Assembly (NCBI GenBank): GCA_963749655.1
Contig: CAVVOB010000012.1
Span: 1 to 64,000 of the forward strand
Length of the DNA stretch: 64,000 nt
Direction: 5' to 3'
Origin: Nitrospirota bacterium
GTDB lineage: Bacteria > Nitrospirota > UBA9217
The notes under the pieces were generated by a model. The model saw only the letters and a list, made by a program, of their open reading frames with translations. It did no database searches and was not told where the DNA came from. This document shows positions 59,346 through 64,000 of the stretch, piece after piece; within the stretch, counting starts at the first letter, position 1; every line of letters starts with the position of its first letter. The translations under genes and the position numbers were made by a program.

Positions 59346-59444
59346 TAACCACAGATGAACGCGGATAAAAGATTCAAAGCCAAAGGGATGTTGTGGTCAT
59401 TATACTTTGCATCATCTGTGTTAATCCGTGTTCATCTGTGGTTA
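59346..59444. repeat. Intergenic REP-like palindromic element
   Basis: taaccacagatgaacgcggat ... atccgtgttcatctgtggtta inverted arms; related half-copy near 21653. Confidence 0.65.
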
Positions 59445-59517
59445 CAACTGCCGTTTCCGAGATGATTGGTCCCCGCATTTGGGAGTTCTCTTTTCGGCCT
59501 GCCGAAAAGGAGTACCT

Positions 59518-59739
59518 ATGCCTATCTATGAATATCACTGCGATGCCTGCGGCGCGGATTTTGAGAAGCTGGTCTTCGGCGCCAAGCCTGCCGTGACCTG
59601 CGAGAAGTGCGGATCGGGCAGAACGGAAAAGCGCCTCTCGCGGTTCGGCATGGGCCGGTCCTCGAACGGACCTTCGTCCCCTGCGAGCGGCTCGGGCTGC
59701 GGCAGCTGTTCCTCGTCGTCCTGCGCAGGATGCAAGTAG
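59518..59739 (+). CDS. FmdB family zinc-ribbon protein
   Basis: MPIYEYHCDACG..FE, CEKCGS, C-terminal CGSCSSSSCAGC. Confidence 0.9.
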   Translation: MPIYEYHCDACGADFEKLVFGAKPAVTCEKCGSGRTEKRLSRFGMGRSSNGPSSPASGSGCGSCSSSSCAGCK

Positions 59740-59889
59740 CGTGAAAAACGGCGTACTCGCTGCGGTCCGCTAACCCCGACAGGCAGTCCCCTTCGCCCTC
59801 CCTCTCTGCTTCGATATCTTCTGCTATAATAGAAATGCGTCTTCTGCCCTAAATCGTGCCGCAGGTGCTTCCGATCGACAGGATACCGC

Positions 59890-60828
59890 ATGCCCCTGGT
59901 AGGAATCATTACAGTTTTTTCAGTCGTGACGCAGCTGACAACTGCCGTCATCGCCCTGCGACTTATCGGCGTCACGAAGAAACGTGCTGCCTGGGGCTTC
60001 CTTGCCGCCGCTTTCACCCTGATGGGGTTGCGGCGCCTTGAATCGCTCGTAAAGATCCTTTCCGCCGACCCCTCCTATACGCCCGACCTTTTATTCGAGG
60101 TGATCGGCCTCGCGCTTTCCGTGCTCATGCTGATCGGGATCTGGCTGATCAGGCCGATCTTTTTGTCGATCGCCCGCGCCGAGGAAGAGCAGCGCGCTTT
60201 GAGCGCAAAACTCTTCACGCTTTCGGAAGAGCAGCAGCTCCTGCTCGAATACACGAAGGACTTCATCTACCGGCACGATCCGAACGGGATGATCACGTAT
60301 ATTTCGCCGGCTGTTGAACGGATTACGGGATTTACCTCCCGGGAATGGCTTGCGCATTTTTCAAAACACTATACCGACAATCCCCTGAACAAGGGCGCAT
60401 TTGCCGCCACCGAGGAGATGCTCAGAACGGGCAGGGAAGGGCATCCCTACATCATCGAGGTCTATCATAAAAATGGGGGAAGGGTATGGCTCGAAATCAA
60501 CAAGCAGCCCTTCAACCGCGACGGCCGCGTGGCCGGGTTCATCGGCGTGGCGCGGGACATTACGAAGCGCGTGCATCTTGAAGAAGAGCGGGAAAAACTC
60601 ATCGCCGAGCTGAAGCAGGCCCTGAGCAGCATCAAGAGGCTCAAGGGGCTTCTGCCGATCTGCTCGTCCTGTAAAAAGGTCCGCGACGACAAAGGATATT
60701 GGAATCAGATCGAAGCCTATGTGAGTGAACATTCCGATGCCGAGTTCTCCCACGGAATCTGTCCCGACTGCGCGCAGCGGCTGTACCCCGAATATTCGTC
60801 CCCCGAAACGAAATGCAACAAAGAGTGA
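59890..60828 (+). CDS. Membrane PAS-domain protein with C-terminal Cys-motif domain
   Basis: Three TM helices, PAS/PAC (YISPAVERITG, RDIT), LPICSSCKKVRDDKGYW..FSHGICPDC. Confidence 0.85.
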   Translation: MPLVGIITVFSVVTQLTTAVIALRLIGVTKKRAAWGFLAAAFTLMGLRRLESLVKILSADPSYTPDLLFEVIGLALSVLMLIGIWLIRPIFLSIARAEEEQRALSAKLFTLSEEQQLLLEYTKDFIYRHDPNGMITYISPAVERITGFTSREWLAHFSKHYTDNPLNKGAFAATEEMLRTGREGHPYIIEVYHKNGGRVWLEINKQPFNRDGRVAGFIGVARDITKRVHLEEEREKLIAELKQALSSIKRLKGLLPICSSCKKVRDDKGYWNQIEAYVSEHSDAEFSHGICPDCAQRLYPEYSSPETKCNKE

Positions 60829-60940
60829 CTGACTTCCAAAAAATACTGTTGACGGCGCAGGGGAGAAGGAGTAGCATGTACGTGTTTGCAGGCTTTTATT
60901 ATACTTATATCATTTACAGCGTCATCGCGAAAAAGCGTCC

Positions 60941-61627
60941 ATGGCATTCATTCTCTATCTTGCAGCAGGATTCATTCTCATTCCCTCGGTGGCACTTGCG
61001 TGGGGTCCCATGACCCACATGTTCCTTGGCAATGAACTTCTCTCCTGCGCTCCTCTTCTTCCCGCCGGCATCTACGCCCTTCTGAAAAAGCACAAGCAGG
61101 ATTTCCTGTACGGCAATCTCATGGCCGATATGATCCTGGGGAAGAAGTATCTCCCCGATGACAAGAGCTCCCACTCCTGGGATGTGGGTCTGAGGCTGCT
61201 CGACCAGGCGAAAACCTGGCCCGAACGCGCCTTTTCCTACGGCTACCTGGCACATCTCGCGGCAGACACGGTGGCGCATGAAACGCTCACGGACGACCTG
61301 GGAAATATGGGCCACACCTGGATCGAGCTGAAAGCGGACAGCATTATCAACAAGACCTACTGGCTCCAGACCATCATGATCAGCAAGGCCGTCCGCAAAC
61401 GCAGCGACCTGCTGCTCGAAAATTCGCTCGACAGCTATATCTTCTCCATCAAGACCAACAAGCGGATCTACAAAAGCATGGTGTTCTTCTCGTTTCTAAA
61501 CAAGAAACGGCGGCGCGGCGTGGACCGGGCGCTCATCCACGAGCTGCATGAGGAGTCCATCAGCCGCATGCTCGATTTGCTCCAGCACGGGACAGAGTCC
61601 GTGGTGCTCCAGAAGAATCCACTCTAG
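60941..61627 (+). CDS. Zinc-dependent phospholipase C family protein
   Basis: Signal peptide then WGPMTH, AD, HSW, GYLAHLAADTVAH, HTWIE. Confidence 0.8.
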   Translation: MAFILYLAAGFILIPSVALAWGPMTHMFLGNELLSCAPLLPAGIYALLKKHKQDFLYGNLMADMILGKKYLPDDKSSHSWDVGLRLLDQAKTWPERAFSYGYLAHLAADTVAHETLTDDLGNMGHTWIELKADSIINKTYWLQTIMISKAVRKRSDLLLENSLDSYIFSIKTNKRIYKSMVFFSFLNKKRRRGVDRALIHELHEESISRMLDLLQHGTESVVLQKNPL

Positions 61628-61838
61628 CTCCGCCCGCATTCCGGGCGATCCCCAATCAAATGAATTGAACGGGCCTGCACCGCTGTTCGCGGACACCGGA
61701 AGGAACATGTCCGCTTGCACCCGAAAGACCGCTTCTGCTTTGAAGTCCTGACGCGGCGCAAGGCGATCCGTTCCTCATGCCGGGCCCCGGCGTCAGGATA
61801 GAAATGTCACTGCATTCTGGAAGGAACATGGCTAGGCA

Positions 61839-63116
61839 ATGAACCGCGGTCTGCGCATAAAGCTGTTGAAACGGCTGTTTCTCGTGTCCGTCGTTATGGC
61901 CGCTCTTTCCGGTTTTTTCGTGTACCTCCTTGAGATGCAGCGGGTCAACGAGCAGGTCGTTTCCCTTGCCCTGGAGGAATCCCACGGCCTCATGGAGCAC
62001 ATCTCCTTTCTCTCGGCGAGGGACAAGGAGGATTACGACCGCGTACGGGACCAGGCAGCGCAGCATATCCTCGCCGAGCACGTGATCAAGGGGCATTTCA
62101 TCACCATCGAGCTGTATGACCGGGGAAAAATCAAAGTGCTCGAGGTTACCGACCCCGAGTTCGATTCGGTCGATCAGGAGATCGACCGGAAAAAACATGA
62201 TGTCATGCCGGGTGAGGCGGTGGATTACCAGAAGTTCTATATGCGCTCCGCCCTATACGTGGATATCTTCGCGCCGCTCAAACTTGCCTCCGACGAGACG
62301 GTCGCCTATTTCGAGGGGATCTACCGGATCGATGCTCATGCCCTGAACGACATTTACCGCCGTCTGCTCTTGACGGTCCTGCTGGTGATCGTCATCGTTT
62401 TCTTCACGACCATCGCCCTCTATCCCGTCATTATCAGGCTGAACCGCGACACGGTCAGACTGTCGGACGATCTCACGAGCGCGAACATGGGCATGCTGGA
62501 GGTCCTGGGAAGCGCTGTCGCGAAGCGGGACCGTGGTACCAATGATCATAACTACCGCGTTACCCTCTATGCGATCCGCCTGGCCGAGGCGGTCGGACTT
62601 GGCAGTGAGAGGATCACCGGCCTGATCAAGGGGGCCTTTCTGCACGACGTGGGCAAGATCGGCATCGCCGACGCGATCCTGCTGAAGCCTGCGGGGCTCG
62701 ACGAGCAGGAGATCAGGATCATGGCGATCCATGTGCAGCACGGCGTGGACATCATCGGAAAGTACACCTGGCTTCGGGACGCCCTGGACGTCATTCGCTA
62801 TCACCATGAAAAGTACGACGGCACCGGCTATTTGTCCGGGATTGCAGGCAGGAATATCCCGCTCGCGGCGAGGATCTTCGCCGTCGTGGATGTTTTCGAT
62901 GCATTGACGACGAAACGGCCGTACCGGGACCCGGCCACGCTGGAGACCACGCTGCAGATCATGCGGGAAGACCGGGGGAGGGCGTTTGATCCCTCTGTAC
63001 TCGATGTTTTCCTGGGAATGGCGCCCGACCTGTACCGGGATGTCTGTCTCGCAGGTGAAAAGGACCTGGAGCGGAGTCTGGACGGGTATCTGAAGAAATA
63101 CTTTCTCCAGGCATGA
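61839..63116 (+). CDS. Membrane HD-GYP c-di-GMP phosphodiesterase
   Basis: HNYRV, LHDVGKIGI, HHEKYDGTGY, ARIFAVVDVFDAL..RPY. Confidence 0.9.
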   Translation: MNRGLRIKLLKRLFLVSVVMAALSGFFVYLLEMQRVNEQVVSLALEESHGLMEHISFLSARDKEDYDRVRDQAAQHILAEHVIKGHFITIELYDRGKIKVLEVTDPEFDSVDQEIDRKKHDVMPGEAVDYQKFYMRSALYVDIFAPLKLASDETVAYFEGIYRIDAHALNDIYRRLLLTVLLVIVIVFFTTIALYPVIIRLNRDTVRLSDDLTSANMGMLEVLGSAVAKRDRGTNDHNYRVTLYAIRLAEAVGLGSERITGLIKGAFLHDVGKIGIADAILLKPAGLDEQEIRIMAIHVQHGVDIIGKYTWLRDALDVIRYHHEKYDGTGYLSGIAGRNIPLAARIFAVVDVFDALTTKRPYRDPATLETTLQIMREDRGRAFDPSVLDVFLGMAPDLYRDVCLAGEKDLERSLDGYLKKYFLQA

Positions 63117-63293
63117 CGTTCCTCTCGCTGATTTTGTCGCCTGTCGCCGCAGTTCCGACAGACGATGCTGTTGCCCTGCTTCGCAGTTGGAAATCGGTCC
63201 CGCAGGCAGGCCCGCCATCCCCCTTTCTCCCGGAAAATCTGCTATAGTTATTTCTCAATAGACCGATATCGTTCGAGTAGCAACGAGGTGCTC

Positions 63294-63701
63294 GTGCAGC
63301 TGAACGAATGGAATGAAGACTTTGCCGTCCAGATCGAAGTGATCGACGACCAGCATAAAAAACTGGTGGGCATCCTGAACCGTCTGGGTGACGCCATGTC
63401 CGAAGGAAAGGGCCGCACGGTGCTGGGCGATGTTCTGGCCGACCTGGCGGATTACACAGCCTATCATTTTCAGACCGAGGAAAGCCTGCTCCAGCAGTAT
63501 GCCTACCCTGAGCTGGAGCGGCACAAGGCATTGCACGACGAAATGACGGTCAAAGCGAAAGAACTCAGAGACGATTTTGAGGCGGGGAACTGGATGCTCA
63601 TCATCGATACATTGAAGTTTCTCGGTGCCTGGCTGAAGGAGCACATTCTGGGCGAGGACAGAAAATACGCACCGTTCCTGAAGGACAAGGGCGTAAAGTG
63701 A
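63294..63701 (+). CDS. Bacteriohemerythrin
   Basis: IDDQHK, YTAYHFQTEE, HKALH, WLKEHILGED. Confidence 0.9.
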   Translation: MQLNEWNEDFAVQIEVIDDQHKKLVGILNRLGDAMSEGKGRTVLGDVLADLADYTAYHFQTEESLLQQYAYPELERHKALHDEMTVKAKELRDDFEAGNWMLIIDTLKFLGAWLKEHILGEDRKYAPFLKDKGVK

Positions 63702-63714
63702 TTGGGAGGTTTCC

Positions 63715-64000
63715 ATGGAACTGACGACCGTCAAGATCGACATCCCCGAGGGCTGCAATGTCATCCTCGGCCAGACCCATTTCATCAAGACCGCAGAAGA
63801 CCTGTATGAGATCATTGCCACAACCGTGCCGCAAGCGAAGTTCGGCGTGGCCTTTACCGAAGCCTCGGGGCCGTGCCTCATCCGAACAGAAGGGAACGAC
63901 GAGGGAATGATCGCCTCCTGCGTCCGGGCCCTGCAGTCGATCGCCGCGGGCCACGTGTTCTGCATCTATCTTAAGAACGCGTTCCCCATCAACGTGCTGA
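63715..64000 (+). CDS. Adenosine-specific kinase (DUF355) family, runs off the window end
   Basis: Own translation MELTTVKIDIPEGCNVILGQTHFIKTAEDLYE..FGVAF.EASGPCLIR.EGND..GH.F..NAFPINVL; GGAGG RBS. Confidence 0.85.
   Translation, partial: MELTTVKIDIPEGCNVILGQTHFIKTAEDLYEIIATTVPQAKFGVAFTEASGPCLIRTEGNDEGMIASCVRALQSIAAGHVFCIYLKNAFPINVL

Overview
GC-rich bacterial genomic window. Gene content (DUF3795, two-CW protein, geopeptide-type radical SAM, HgcC-like protein) suggests an anaerobic Nitrospirota/Desulfobacterota-like organism; this is inference. Layout: (i) 1-5.8 kb: SigZ/HgcC-like pair, a 14-blade beta-propeller lipoprotein, M24 peptidase, ABM protein. (ii) ~5.8-32 kb: long co-directional minus-strand run of small accessory enzymes (methyltransferases, GNATs, cupins, DUF3795 x3, PhzF, hydrolases, DMT permease) headed by a promoter and attenuator-like leader. 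(iii) 33.2-39.2 kb: an intact five-gene candidate RiPP/signalling operon with TonB-dependent receptor, a 62-aa Lys-repeat precursor ending in CCPWGTMITYRR, a geopeptide-type radical SAM/SPASM maturase, a periplasmic binding protein and a HisKA_3 sensor kinase. This is the best candidate for an undescribed system. (iv) 39-50 kb: peptidase E, tag, serine hydrolase/OMP/membrane AraC, a YkuD-MurC fusion, GyrI/AraC regulators. (v) 50-64 kb: mostly housekeeping and signalling genes (dapF, cysteine synthase, purH, LDT, GlcF-like, fsa/tal, PAS, HD-GYP, hemerythrin). About 14 genes in the left 44 kb carry frameshifts, a truncation or a premature stop, probably mostly assembly errors. Many intergenic palindromic REP-like repeats are present. 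No rRNA, tRNA, CRISPR array, integrase or transposase was seen. All family assignments come from motif recognition, not from database searches.
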